From Azolla caroliniana (taxonomy: Eukaryota > Plantae > Polypodiophyta): DNA of 64,000 nucleotides. Shown here in pieces: positions 23,462-36,457 of the stretch. The stretch spans positions 3,968,001-4,032,000 of the forward strand of contig JBHGNT010000016.1 in the NCBI GenBank assembly GCA_043228905.1, written 5' to 3'. Below the pieces are notes generated by a model. That model did no database searches. It was not told where the DNA came from and saw only the letters and a list, made by a program, of their open reading frames with translations. The position numbers were made by a program, and so were the translations under genes. Position 1 is the first letter of the stretch. Each line of letters starts with the position of its first letter.

Positions 23462-25491
23462 ATTCTCACTTGGGACAAGAGTTCCCTCTTGTTCCTTTCG
23501 TGATTTGCCGGCACCGTTAGGAATTGGACGGATTTCCCTCCGTTTTGGCTCCGAATTCGCGCAAAAGCCGCACCACTATCGAGCACCTTCGTCTCCATCC
23601 GTGAAGCCGTGATAAAGGGTTGGCCGAGGATGACAGAATGTGAAACCTCATCCTGCACAAAGAAATTTTGGTCAATTTCGACATCCCCGATCTTTACCGT
23701 CACATCCGGACAAGCCGCAAATAGGTCTTCTGTCGTTTTCGTGGCTGCCCGAATCTTCCATCCATGGTTGGTGTTTATAGGCCACTTCCCCTTTCGGTAG
23801 AACTCCTTGGACATCAAGTTGATCTCCGATCCGTGATCAATCAATGCTAGCACGGGTTCTTTGATGTTGCCGATTCGGACCGGAGTCTCCGTAGTCGCAC
23901 GTGCCCAGTGTGGCCTTGTATAGTGGGAGTTCGGAATTTCGCCTTCCACTTCGGTGTCGTTCATTGAAACGGTATTTGCATTCACCCTTGGAGCATTTTC
24001 CTCCGTACTTTGTCTCTTCCTTTTCACGAGATCCACGAGAAGATCGTGAAACTCCTTCTTCGCTTTTCCGAGTAGTTCCCGCAGCGAAAAATCTACCCGG
24101 CTATCCAAGATTCTTTCCTCGAACACCCTTTTCAAGTCGGTTTGTTGTTCTATGTCCGAGGCGAGCTTGAATGTCGGAGTCGCCTTTTCTTTTCCCTTAC
24201 CTCCAGAGTTCCAGCTTTCCGGTATCTTCGATGGTCCGGCCGCATCCTCCGTGCGCCGTCGTTTCTCGTCCACATACACCTCATGTAATTGACACAGGGC
24301 GTATATGCTATTCTTGTCGACAGGGCACTCCCATCCCGTAGCTTCCCGGACGCCTTCCGCGGTGTTTCGGATATCGTTGGAGTCGGTTTTCTCGGTGTTT
24401 CCTAGCACCTCCGGCCAGAAAGACGCCTTCGCTCCCGTTGACTCCCCGACACATATTCCCGCGGTTGTCGCATAGTTGCTTCTTGCCGCTAACTCCTCCT
24501 CGAGCACCTTCTTCATGCCGCCTTTCCGGAAGTTCGGTCGGAGTGGCTTCCGAGAGTCCATCGAATGAATCCGGTTTCCCTCGTAGTAGATGAGATCCCG
24601 TCGTAGCGCCTCCTTATGGTCGTCGCAATCCCTCCGATCGTGTTCGGCGCTATCGCACCATATGCACCGTCGATCCGTATATTTGGAGCTTGTGGGGCGG
24701 TCATCCGACTTCTTCACCATCGCGATCTTTAGATTCTCCATCTCCTTCAGCAGCTGCTCCACCGTAGACGCGTCGACTCCCTTCTCGGCCGTAATCTCCC
24801 GAGCCCTCGGTTGATGGTCTTCCAATCCCGTTCTCGGTTTTGGAATCGGTTCCGAAACCCTCTTTTCTTCGTTGGCAAGCCATTGCCCCCTCTTCGTGTA
24901 CCGCGCGACGATATCCCGCACGCTTTCCCATGTTTCGGTGAGGCCGCTTTCAGTGGTCGTGTCCTCAAGAAGCACTCCGAGATCTTTCCGGTCCCGGACG
25001 TCCACAGCTCGCAAAAACATGATGACTTTGTCCGGTGCAAGAATAGTTTGATCTCTCGCGGACAACCTCCCGAACCGACTTTCGAATGTCGAAAACACTT
25101 CGAGGACCTTCAGCCCCTTACCTGACGTTTCCACCCAATCCTCGAATCCCCTCCGCGTTGCCTTGGAGGAGTCCTCGATGGCAAACGTGGTCTTTAACGC
25201 CTCTTCGAATGCTTCCCACGTCGGATTTTGTTGTTGCAACCCGTGGATACTCCCTTGAAGCCCGTCGGTCGCCACCCGGTTAAAGGATGTCACTTGCAGT
25301 CCTTCCGAAGCCCGGCACCGGAGCATCTCCGCCTTGTAGTCCTGCAAATATCGCGACACATCCTTACCATTAAATTGCCCGTTGCGTTGCACGAGCCGCT
25401 CTACTGATGCCGAAATCTCCGACATCGTGCGTTGTTCTTGAAGCATCCGTTCGAACATCGCCATCATATTGTTAGCTTGTTGAGCCTCCAT
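23452..25491 (-). CDS. gypsy gag-protease polyprotein
   Basis: ORF with capsid-like N-terminus (FNGKDVSRYL), zinc knuckle CIWCDSAEHDRRDC, aspartic protease LIDHGSEIN..ILGQPF; first ATG after the PBS is at 25491. Confidence 0.9.
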   Translation of the reverse strand: MEAQQANNMMAMFERMLQEQRTMSEISASVERLVQRNGQFNGKDVSRYLQDYKAEMLRCRASEGLQVTSFNRVATDGLQGSIHGLQQQNPTWEAFEEALKTTFAIEDSSKATRRGFEDWVETSGKGLKVLEVFSTFESRFGRLSARDQTILAPDKVIMFLRAVDVRDRKDLGVLLEDTTTESGLTETWESVRDIVARYTKRGQWLANEEKRVSEPIPKPRTGLEDHQPRAREITAEKGVDASTVEQLLKEMENLKIAMVKKSDDRPTSSKYTDRRCIWCDSAEHDRRDCDDHKEALRRDLIYYEGNRIHSMDSRKPLRPNFRKGGMKKVLEEELAARSNYATTAGICVGESTGAKASFWPEVLGNTEKTDSNDIRNTAEGVREATGWECPVDKNSIYALCQLHEVYVDEKRRRTEDAAGPSKIPESWNSGGKGKEKATPTFKLASDIEQQTDLKRVFEERILDSRVDFSLRELLGKAKKEFHDLLVDLVKRKRQSTEENAPRVNANTVSMNDTEVEGEIPNSHYTRPHWARATTETPVRIGNIKEPVLALIDHGSEINLMSKEFYRKGKWPINTNHGWKIRAATKTTEDLFAACPDVTVKIGDVEIDQNFFVQDEVSHSVILGQPFITASRMETKVLDSGAAFARIRSQNGGKSVQFLTVPANHERNKRELLSQVRMDF

Positions 25492-25507
25492 CTCCTTGCC
25501 ACCCGTC

Positions 25508-25525
25508 TTCACGTCGGGTTCACCA
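25508..25525 (-). promoter_or_regulatory. Primer-binding site complementary to tRNA-Trp 3' end
   Basis: Plus-strand ttcacgtcgggttcacca matches the 3' 18 nt of plant cytosolic tRNA-Trp(CCA) as I recall it; 4 nt from the 5' LTR. Confidence 0.8.
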
Positions 25526-25529
25526 ACTG

Positions 25530-26338
25530 TGTCGTGCCTTTCGGCTCCGGATCGTTGCGTGAGTCGGGTGGGAACCACAGAGGTCTTGGACTAGGAGAAA
25601 GAAGTTCGTGAGATAGAGATTAATTATGAGTAACTAGCAAAGAGAAAGATAAGAAACTCGTGAATCACACGAGCATACTATATTAATTGGTACTTAGGGT
25701 GTTAAGAGAGAAGTAGATGTATAAATCGTGAATCCCACGAATAATTTTTGTATTGATTAATTCCTAATCCAAATAATCAACAACCCTTTACATATTTCTC
25801 TCCTCCTTATATAAGGAAGGAAGAGCTAAGCATGGCTTCATGCTTTCTTTTTTACAAAAAGTGTTCATGTCCACTAAATGTGCATGTGATGCTTTTTTTT
25901 TTTTTTTCCTAAGTATAGGGCTCATGCACGCTAGATGTGCATGAGTTATTTTTTTAGTGTCTCGTCTTTTTCATATATTAAAAAATACACGATTTACCTT
26001 TTAATAAAGGTATGCATAAATAAAGGTCTTATACATATTAAATCTATATTTAAAGCACTTAAGATAAGTTAATGTAATGGTAAGGTTGGGGTTTGTCAAC
26101 GTGGTGGTGCAGAGTTTGAATCACGCCCTGCGCAGTAGTGAGTATTTCCTTTCTTTTTACATTTATGTCTCTTTATCCGGCTCTTCCTTGCCGGTATGCC
26201 GTTTTTCCTCCTTGCCGGTATGCCGTTTTTCCTCCTTGCCGGTATGCCGTTTTCCTCCGGTTCCCACCGAGCACTCCATTCTCTATCCGGAGGGACAAAA
26301 ATATAATTTCCACATAGTGTGCAACCTACACTACGACA
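25530..26338 (-). repeat. gypsy 5' LTR (809 bp, three internal repeats)
   Basis: Direct repeat of 19009-19862, adjacent to the PBS. Confidence 0.95.
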
Positions 26339-26755
26339 CCGTCAACTTCGATATGTGAGCTCTCAGCACCAAAACTTGCTTGAGATTCCATAGTACCGTG
26401 AAGATCACCATAGGCTCCATGATCGTCGGGTCGACGCACCCGATCTCCCCCGGCAAGAGTGCGAAGGCTTTCCTGTGCCTTCCGAGCATCCTTTGAAACC
26501 GGTCTTCCTCCACGGGTAGGTGGAAGCCACCCCCACCGGTCTTGAGCTCTAGTAGCGTCTCGTCGGTGAACCAATGTCCTATGTCGGCCGGTTCTCATAA
26601 ACTTGGGCCAGCCACGACCCCATTCATCCACTCTGAGCCGCGACTGGCCTCACCTTCCGGTCCACAGTCTTGTACTTCGTGCTTACTAGGGATGTTCAAT
26701 CCAACCTAACCATCCTTCCGAAGTTTGCGATGACTTCGTACATTTCGACCATCCA
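26339..26755 (-). pseudogene. Old gypsy element, pre-RT fragment
   Basis: STKYKTV.., EEDRFQRML..HRKAFA..EIGCVDP..WNLK, homologous to the start of the intact pol. Confidence 0.85.
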
Positions 26756-28476
26756 ATCACATTAGTCCCTTTCTAACATTAGTGAACAAACCCCTCAATT
26801 ATGTTTTGTAAATATTAGTGACCTACTCTCACCTACGTATTGCGTGCATAACAGTTTGAGGTCGTATCTAAAGACTCTAACAATCACACCTTGATTTACA
26901 ATATCTAGAAACCTCAACAAGAGTTATAGACAACTTCTAGTGAAGCATCTGAATTTTGTTTAATTGGCTTGCGATGTGAATTGAGAAGATGAAGCTTTGA
27001 GCAATTTGCTAAATTGTGGATTTCACAATGAAGTTAAGACTATCATTGAACCTCAACAACCAACCACTCTTAGGAAAAGTAATCCTTATGTAATGGGATT
27101 CGACAACCTAAGATTTGACTTTTGCCAATAAGCTAGAATATTTCAAGGTCTTGAAAAGTTAGAATACCTTATTCTATGCTTTCAATGTTTGATATCATAA
27201 AAATTAAAATTTGACAACCATTTATGTTTAGCAAACTGTAGCCACATTGACTTATTTTTCACCCTCGAGTCAATTTGTGGTTGTTGAATAGCTTAGCACA
27301 CACTTTTAATGTAAGTAGAACTGTAATGCACAAATCATTTTTGGAGGCATCATGGTTCCGTGAAGATTTAATTTTAACAACCATCAAGAAAACTAATGCA
27401 AAGTCGGCCTAATCTTATCTAGGCTATGTTATCTTATATGGGTAAACCGCAAGAGTCTATTTTTGCATTAAAAAAAATATAAACTATTCAAACTAGGCTT
27501 CTCAAAAAACAACCAATCTATGTAGATATTGATAAGAGCCTATTGTGTCATCACAATGTAGACCCTTCAAACTAGGCTTCTCAAAAGGTAATGTGTCTTT
27601 ATATCATCCATTTCATACAACTTGAGATCCAATATTCATGTAACTCACCAAATTGCATTTTCTTTTTCTTTTTTGAGGGCTTTATGAATTTTTCCTTTTC
27701 CATTCATTAAATCAATGAAGTTCACAAATCTGCTTTGACACATGAATTTCCTTCAACATACAATCACAAAATCAATGATAGAATGTTGTGGTCCCCTAAA
27801 ATGGGACTTAGTCTTCATTGTAAATCTTAATGTGGATCACCAAAACCAAAATGTCGAATACGTAGAATTGTCTGAGTCATTGTTAGACCCATGAGGAAAG
27901 TAATGTGCAAATTTGTAGCCAACAACCATTATAGATTTGTGGTTTCCCAAATAGATTTAGTTGATGGTAGTTACTACATTGGCATCACAACATCCCATGC
28001 TTATGTATCCAATATCATTCATGTCAAACAGAAGCAAATAGGTCTACCACGTAGTATCTTGCACAGGTTCAAGCTGCCATATTTTGTCCTAAACATGCTT
28101 CACATTGTCTTCCTACATGGATTCATATAGCCATACATATATATCATCTTAGTGGTAGGATTCCCACGCACAAGTCCTATGTGCCGGAAATATGTTAGCA
28201 TGATCCTAGTACTAAAACAAGCATGAACTTTAATTTAAACTAAGGTCCAAAACCAGTTGATAAGTAAGAGAGCTTTTTGAATGCTAACAAAAAATATTAG
28301 TGCTCCTTACTAGTTACTCTCAACTGATGTACACTATTAAGCTTGGCATGGATGGGTAGAATGGTAACACTGTACCGATACACTTTCTTTGTACATACAT
28401 ACATACATACATACATGCATGCATGCATGCATGCATACATTCAACTGTCACCATCAAAGTATGAAAAAATGTTGCT

Positions 28477-29283
28477 TTAGAAGAACAAAAGGCAAGCAAA
28501 AGCAAAGGTAGACAGTAGGATGAAGAGCCAATGCACAATGAACCCTTCTTTTTGTTGTTGTGGGTCATTGTTAGTGGACAATACATTTGGTGGCATATAA
28601 GAACCACTTCTATTGGGCCTAATTGTAGGGACACCATTGTTGTAGTTACTCAACTGAAACCCAAGTAAGGCAGGGAAAATGCCAAAACTAGAAGAGAAAG
28701 GGGTACTCCCATCATAGTGCTGTGATCCACCTAAGTTGCCATGTTGATTGAACCTGCCACCATATAAGCCATTGATGATGTTTGTTTGGACACCACGTTG
28801 GTTCCGATGATGCTCCTCCGGTCTCAATGAAGGGGAGGAGGAAGAAGAAGCAGAAGAATTACATGGAATTGTAATCGATGGCCTCGACGGAATTGCTCGA
28901 TGTTTCTCAATATGATCTTCTTCATAATTCACATGAGCATGAGTTATATCTTTGTTGCTCGATCTTGATCTTGATCTTGATCCAACATACAGAGGGATGA
29001 TCTTTTCCTTTAAATCTGCTTTGCACACAGGGCAGCTATGGTGTTGCTGGATGATGAGTAGGTCATGTTGAGATGCGGTGGTGTGAAGCCATCTGTAGAG
29101 GCATGGCCAACAGAAGAGGTGACCACACATTGTCACCACTGGCTCTTCACATGGCTCTAAGCATATGTTGCAATCAAAACTGTTTCTATCGCTCTCCCTT
29201 GTTGATCCTTCCTCCTTCTCTTGATCCACCATTAATTCTCCGCATTTAGTTGAGCTGGAAGATTGGCGCATTTTCGTCGTCAT
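28477..29283 (-). CDS. RMA: RING-HC (C3HC4) E3 ubiquitin ligase, RMA1/RNF5-like, C-terminal membrane anchor
   Basis: FDCNICLE..EPVVTMCGHLFCWPCLYRWL..CPVCK..IIPLY..IPSRP and hydrophobic C-terminus WLFILLSTFAFACLLFF; first ATG 29283; single coding exon (possible 5'UTR intron 29290-29398). Confidence 0.9.
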   Translation of the reverse strand: MTTKMRQSSSSTKCGELMVDQEKEEGSTRESDRNSFDCNICLEPCEEPVVTMCGHLFCWPCLYRWLHTTASQHDLLIIQQHHSCPVCKADLKEKIIPLYVGSRSRSRSSNKDITHAHVNYEEDHIEKHRAIPSRPSITIPCNSSASSSSSPSLRPEEHHRNQRGVQTNIINGLYGGRFNQHGNLGGSQHYDGSTPFSSSFGIFPALLGFQLSNYNNGVPTIRPNRSGSYMPPNVLSTNNDPQQQKEGFIVHWLFILLSTFAFACLLFF

Positions 29284-29832
29284 TATGATCTGTGGACCGG
29301 AAGTAGAGGTAGTTAACTTTGGCAACAAATCATCATCATTAAATCATCATCAATATTTCAAGAGCATTATTCAGTTTTTCAGGTGTAGAGAAACTTACTT
29401 AGCTCTCTGCCAACAGTGAAAAGATAGAGGAGAGAACTTAGAGGAAGGCACAAGTGGCGATGTTTGATTTTTGTATTTTTGTCTTGGGGGAGAGAAGAGG
29501 GGGAGGGGGGGGGGGGGGGGGGGATGTATTGGATTAAATGCTGCCAAAATTCAGCCACAAAAATAAGGAGTGTTTTTCTCTGCAAATTGAAAGGGGGGTA
29601 AAAGGAAATTTGGGGGGGTGGGGGTTGGTCTTCTACATTTAGAAAGCAAAAAAATAGCTCAGAAATCTTGACTCTCCTTGTAGATGATGATATGGGGATT
29701 GGATCAAAACACCACACATATGTATGTACACTGTACACACACATAAGGAAAGGAAGAGGAGGTGGTAGGGTGTCCCCTCCACCACCATGTCAATCTTCGA
29801 AAAAGACCCTACACTTCCCATGGGGGCCCTAA

Positions 29833-30147
29833 AGCAATTTGTCATGCTCTCTCGCCACGGCCATCCATGGTTGGACAAATCATATCAATCCATGGCTCTA
29901 CATGGGTCGGGAGGGGGGGGGGGACCTTTCGGAATGATGTGGCCAAGACTAGTTTGTACCCCTTATCCTTCTGTTCTTCGCGGACCACATAAGCAATTTG
30001 TCATGGTCTCTGGCCACGGCCATCCATGGTTGGACAAATCATATCAATCCATGGCTCTACATGGGTCGGAGGGGGGGGCACCTTTCGGAATGATGTGGCC
30101 AAGACTAGTTTGTACCCCTTATCCTTCTGTTCTTCGTGGACCACATG
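29833..30147. repeat. Two-copy ~158-bp tandem duplication
   Basis: aagcaatttgtcatg..ggaccacat at 29833-29990 and again at 29991-30147. Confidence 0.92.
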
Positions 30148-33052
30148 TGTTACGTATGAAACCAAGGGCTTGGTCACCCCCTCCTATGAATTATAGGATG
30201 CATTGAATAAGATGGATGATAGTACATGTATATGTAGTTATGTGAGCGACTTCCCGATTTATGTATATGTATGTATACCACACTTTATCCTCGTTTCAAT
30301 AGACCTTGTTAGCCAAATATTATTGCTCTTCACAAAATACTTTTGTCTCTCCATTTAGCATTTATTTACTATATATCTGCTATATTTTTATACATTTGTG
30401 GATGTTGAAATGATATGGATTTCTTTAGGCTATGAGGTGTACATGAAATCATGACCCACCTCTCTAGCCCAAGTTTGGCAAATATTATTGCTCTTCAATT
30501 TCAACTACAAATTATTTTTTCACAATTGGTTGTGTTCTCTCACAAGTCACAACCTCCACCTAACATTTATTTCTTGCAACTGCTCCGCTCAATATTATTG
30601 TAGAATATTGAAATTATATGGTTTTCTTTAAGCTCTAACTAAGACTTCAGATGCTTAGTTATTGACTAACGACTATTGTTGTATTCTCTACCCCCAACTT
30701 GATCATGGTTTCTCTCTACCATGGTAATAATATATGCTTAGAAAAAGATCATGGCTTTGACCACATGGTAACAAAAGGTCTAGACTTGCCCCTATAATAT
30801 TCCCTTTATTGATGTTTGGGTGCTAACAACCACAAGGGTTTAAGCGTGGAATGTTGCTTTTAAGTAGGATATGTGCATGTTGCAATTTGCTAGTTGATTC
30901 AAATTTCTCATGTGGATGTTACGTATCACTATGTGAAAAACAAAATTCCTCAATGATTTTCAAATAAATTATTACTCTATTTAGACATGTCTTTGAGTTG
31001 TTGGATGCATTTGTGATTCATAAACATTGGGTTGCCCTATATTACAAATGCCATTTTGGTTTGCGTATGTTTTTGGTGTATGCGACCATACATGTACTCC
31101 AATTCACCTTGTAATCACACACGCCGATAAAACATGTACAAATATGTAATGCATATGGCCTTCCACTTAAAACTTATGGCTGCAAAATAGAACTTCACCT
31201 TCTAACCTACAAGCTACTATCACAGACATACCATATTACTATTTTCCTTTCCTTGCCCTTAAGAGTTTATAATTGAAAATTAACAACACATATAATTGAC
31301 CTCACTTGCATGTTAGGTACAACTCTTTAGTTAGATGTCTAAGTAGCAAGTTTCTCATTTACCTTGTAAGAAAATAATCATCTTGGGTAAAAACATGAAC
31401 ACAAGTGAATTATTTCACTTTCCAAAGAGTCTACTTGATAAACACAAGTGCACAAATACCTTATAGGTTCGCACCAATAAAACAAAAGTTATATAGATGT
31501 GCATATGTATATGGGAGCATATCAATACACATAAATACAACGAGAGGGTCACCAAGTGATCGACAAAATGGAATTTTCTGTTGTTATTATGCATTGGAAG
31601 CAAAAGTTTTGCACTTGTGTTTTTGAAAACCTAATGTACATGGATATATCTATTATATTGCTGAGTCAAACTTCACAGCCTTGATTTGTTTACATATGAT
31701 GATTATTACAAGCCAATGTGAATGCATATATTCATGTGAAACTTTTTGGTATGTTATATTTCACTACATTTTGAATTGTAAGCCTTCAATTATTAAAGTT
31801 TTACGTCTCAAAAATGTTTAAGTTGCATTATTTGACAATATTCTTATCAAGGAAGGAAATGACTTTTCAATGGTAGGTTGGACTATCACGTTATGTGAGA
31901 TCGACTCAAAATCAAACTTTATTAATAGAAAATAATATGAAATTGAAGTGCCAATCATTGTGCCATGCACCTTTGGGTTGGTAGGTACCAAGGTGAATTA
32001 TGGACCATGTTGGGTCCCTGATCTCATACTATAAATATTGAGGGTTAAGAGTATGAGACAAAAGGAACCTATTATGAATAGCCTAATTAGTTAACCTATT
32101 CTTAGTAGCGAAGGTCCTAAGTTAAATACTTTCCCAAGGGATACTAAATGTAGTGGTGTTGACAAGTTGATGAACGCAAAGTGTTTTCATTTTGCCACCA
32201 ACTAAATACCACATGCCTTCATAACTACACATATTTTCTATAATGTATAATAATACACACAGAAATCATTGAATGGAGGGGGAAACCCACAATGAAATAT
32301 TAGACCATGTCAAGTTTAGAAAACAACATTTAGCATATATTTTGATGTTTAGTTGACCAAGAATGTTGAAGGACTTGATTCTCTAGTCTTTCCTTTTGCT
32401 CCATATTGAGTTAAACTAATAATCCAGATTCCAAACTTAAAAATAAAAGACTACAAGATCTTTTTTCTTAATTTGATATTTTCTTACAAAAAACAAAGCC
32501 ATCAATACCCTATTCCGCCAGTCATTCCCACACAAAAGCACATTTTTTCAATGCTGTTCTCATCAAATTAAATATATTTCAGCCAGATTTGTTCAGTTAT
32601 CGAAATTACCTGATCAACAAGTTCAAGAACTCATCTAATCTTTTGGTGCAGTTTCCCTAAACACCCTCAATACTGTGGTTTTTTGCTCTCAATTTATTTC
32701 AAAAACATGCTTTCTGCAACTGCTCACTTAAAGAGATTTGTGCAATCAATTAAACCAAGGAACCATTCCAACAATTGTGGTAACAAAAATGAAACATGAG
32801 AGGAAGATCACGCAGATCAACATCTAAGGAGGAAACGAATTGGGATAAGCTTTACATGAAATTTTGTTTGTTAAGTAGTCTACACAATTTTGTGAAAAAA
32901 ATTTGCGTCCAAAGAATAACTAGGCCTTATTTACAACTTTAAAAACAATGTGTCAAAGTGGCGTCCAAAATGTTTTCCGTTAATATCATTGTCGTTTATG
33001 TGTGTTCATTCCCACCTAATACCATTCGAATTTTTTATTAATTATTTTCCTT

Positions 33053-35268
33053 TTAGCACCCACAAGTTGATGATTCTGCTGATCCTACTGTAAGGTCTAC
33101 TGTATCTGGAAGATAGCTGTAAATGCAAAAAACAAAACAAAAGAATTGTTGAAGTGAATATTGCTGCTTCTTTTTATTGTTGACATTTCAAATGGTTTGT
33201 AATTACAAGAAATCAACCAATACTCACATTTCTTCATCTGTCAAATTTTTTAATGCATTCTTCGCAATGCACTGAAATGCAGCATCTACATTCAGGTCTT
33301 CTTTGGCAGAGGTTTCAAAATAAGGTATGTTTCCTTTACTTGTACACCAAGCTCTAGCTTTCTTCTCAGAAACCTACAAGAACATATACTGATGGTAAAT
33401 CTAGAAGCAAACGTATAAAGGAAGAAGAAAAGCAGACGATCAAGCATGCTTATATATGTATATATATATACCACCCGACTGCAGCCATTGTCAATGTCCA
33501 CTTTATTTCCCAACACCATGAATGGGAAGTTTTCTGCATCAGGAGGACTAGCCTGCGACATCACAAGACAACATTGAAATGAAATTTGAATAGACTAGTG
33601 TTTGAACAATCAGAAGGTACTGCCTTAAAACAATACTCACCTGAACAAGAAACTCGTCTCTCCAGTTGGATAGGTTATCAAAAGATTTCATAACATTCAC
33701 ATCATACACCAAAACACAACAATCTGCACCCCTGTAAAATGCCACACCAAGGCTCTGAAAGCGCTCTTGTCCAGCTGTGTCCCATATCTACAACATGATA
33801 CAAAAGTGACCTCTTTGTTACAAAGGTATGGACGCAAACAATCTTCATTACAGAGAAATGCTCAGGAAATCTCTGCAAGTTTCGGTTGATTTTCCCAAAT
33901 GCTTACAATTTTTTGCATTTTCCCTGAAAACCATGGATCAGGTCCAGAACCAGAGGGAAGGGGATGAATTTATCATATAATTGTTCAAATTAAGCATATA
34001 ATTTCTCGAATTGCACATATTTGTGAGGATGGGATGAATTGACCATATAATTGCTCAAGTATATCATATTTTGCTCTTTCAGGAGTTGACCACAGGGATT
34101 TGTTGAAATGACAAAAGCTCAGGTGAGTTTCAGAAATTTTCCCTTCACTATAGTTTGCTCTCTTGGGAGTTGACCATTGTGATTTGTTGAAATAACAAAA
34201 ACTTTAGGGTATTTTGGCGTTTTTCCATTTCAGATGAATCATGAAATAAACATCTCTGCTACATATACTTTATAATACATATGCACAGTCCCAAACAGCA
34301 CACAATTACGAGCAAGCATTTATGCCAAGCCAAAAAATTCTGATGGATTGAATATATACTTTGCTTTTTTCCAGCATGCTGGCCAGGAAGAGTTTGGTTC
34401 AGCAAACTGGCAATTAAAACTCTAGGAAAATTTCCATAGCAATTCCTGTTTGTCATATAATTACCACCATGTGTAATTGAAAGTGGATGGCTTATGCCAA
34501 TTCGGACCATTCTAACAAGTTTTCTCATTATTAATCCATTGGTTCAGACATGAAAAGATAGTGGTTCAAATTATGTTGTTCACATATACATACAAGATAA
34601 CCTCAGGTATATATAAATAACCATTTATCAGATGAATTTCACTTTGGCCACCATGCTTTTGCAAAATGACATAAAACTGACACTTTTTAAGCTCTATCAT
34701 ACACATTACAACCAATATAAATATCAAAGAAGTTAAGATAATAGATTGACTGAGGTAAGAAAATAGTAGATTTTGCGAAGAGCTTTTACAAACATCAATG
34801 TAGAAGAAAGACATAAAAAATGTAGATACACTAATGACGATGATGTCTGCATACCTGCATAGTTACTAGCCTGTCTTCTACATGAACCTCCTTTGTTAGA
34901 AAGTCAGCACCAATCGTTGCTTTATATTGATTACTGAATTTCTTGTTCACATATCTAGGTGAAAGTGATCAAGATGGAAACAGACGAAGAAAAGGAGACG
35001 CAAAGGAGATCCAAATAATGTAATATAAATCCAGAAAAAGGATACTGATTCATCAAAGATGTCTTTCCTACTCTGAAAATGTCATGAGAGGGAAGTAAAC
35101 AAACAAATGTGGTGGATCAAAACATTTTTTATTTACTTGCGGATGTTCATTTTCTTTCTTTTTCATTTTCTTGAGATGAAGAGACAGAAGGAAAGAGAAG
35201 AGAAGAGAAGACTACCCGCTGTCTCCAAGGATGATGACTTTGAGGAGAGTTCGCTTACGAGAAGCCAT
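33053..35268 (-). CDS. RAB7: Rab7/RabG3 small GTPase, 7 exons, 205 aa
   Basis: Exons 35216-35268, 35046-35072, 34855-34954, 33641-33787, 33472-33552, 33228-33373, 33053-33116 (618 nt, GT-AG introns); [54 protein letters not shown]-terminal CGC prenylation motif. Confidence 0.96.
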
Positions 35269-36457
35269 GGCTACTGAACAGAAGGAAATGTCGGCGAGAG
35301 AGAAGATCTACAGAAGCAGAGAAAAGAAGGCGGGAGGGAGGAAGCGACCGGGGCGAGCTTGTATAAACGAGCCCTTAAACGCGCCTGGAAAATAATTTCT
35401 TGAAATACCCCTCCTTATAGCATTCATTTGTTTGAGGGGTATTTTTCAGGATTTCGAAAACTTGTGAGAAGCTCCCTTTTCTTGCTAAGAATGTTTTTTC
35501 CTTCGCTTTTCATTTTTTTGTTTTGGGTCATAAGCATTTTTTGTTTCGAAAGCCAAACACGTGCGGAGTGATCTTTCTGCGGTGGGTTTTATGGGACGCA
35601 AACTCATTTCGAGGTTGCATTATATCAATTCGTTCACTTTTTGCAAGGATTGTTTCATCACGTGTCCGAGCCTTTTCTTAGGGATGTTTGTGGTCCTCCG
35701 TTTTTGTAAACAAGAAACCTCTGGTTTAAGTTCATGAGGCATTTTACGAAGCATTATCATACAAGGGGTGTTCGGCTAAGGCTTCCCCATGGTACCGACC
35801 AATCATGAACTTATATTTCCTCGCAAGTCCACTTTGCCTTTTGCCTATTGTTTCTTGTATAGCTATGATTTCGCTTGTCAACAACACATACATATGCTTT
35901 CCCGCATTGACATATGTGTCACATGTGGCTCATATCAAAATACAATGCTCAATCTCGATTTCCGAGCTAACCACGCTAAAAATGGGCACCGATGGAAACA
36001 TACCAAGGAAAAGGTCATACAATTCAACCTAAACTAAATAAAGATGAATAAACATATGACGGTCATATTTACAAATTACAAATTACAATTATACAAGTAT
36101 GTATGTATACATACATATACAAAATAGATGTTAACATGCAAAGTTTATATGTACTCATAAAGCATGGTACATGGGAGTTTGACAGAAGAAATGCATTATA
36201 ATATTCTCGTCTTTGAAATACAAGTTGGCTTCAAGACTTTAGTCTTTAACATGTATATATGCTCAAAGTGGGAGATAGATGATTAGAGAAATTGGGGACA
36301 ATTTAAAACCACCCATTTCAGGAGTTCTTCCATTAGGCACATACATACATACATACATACATATACACACTCCTTCCCATCATTTCCTTAGGAAGGAATT
36401 TTTGGAGCCAAACCAAATATATAGACACATATACACTCCTTCCCATCATTTTCCCTA

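Larger units (their letters stand above)
19009..26338 (-). mobile_element. Intact full-length Ty3/gypsy LTR retrotransposon nested in a related older gypsy
   Basis: LTRs 19009-19862 and 25530-26338 (TG..CA); 4-bp TSD ccgt (19005-19008, 26339-26342); PPT 19863-19874; PBS 25508-25525; uninterrupted gag-PR and RT-RH-IN ORFs. Confidence 0.96.

Noticed and set aside
20122-25283. Many overlapping short ORFs antisense to or out of frame with gypsy gag/pol
   Set aside because: Expected shadows of a GC-rich coding sequence; no independent motifs.
26759-26790. Short motif ttagtccctttctaac shared with ~57556
   Set aside because: Too short to define an element; boundaries and TSD not identifiable.
29787-30206. 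139-aa ORF with an internal repeat
   Set aside because: The repeat is just the DNA tandem duplication; no recognisable domain.
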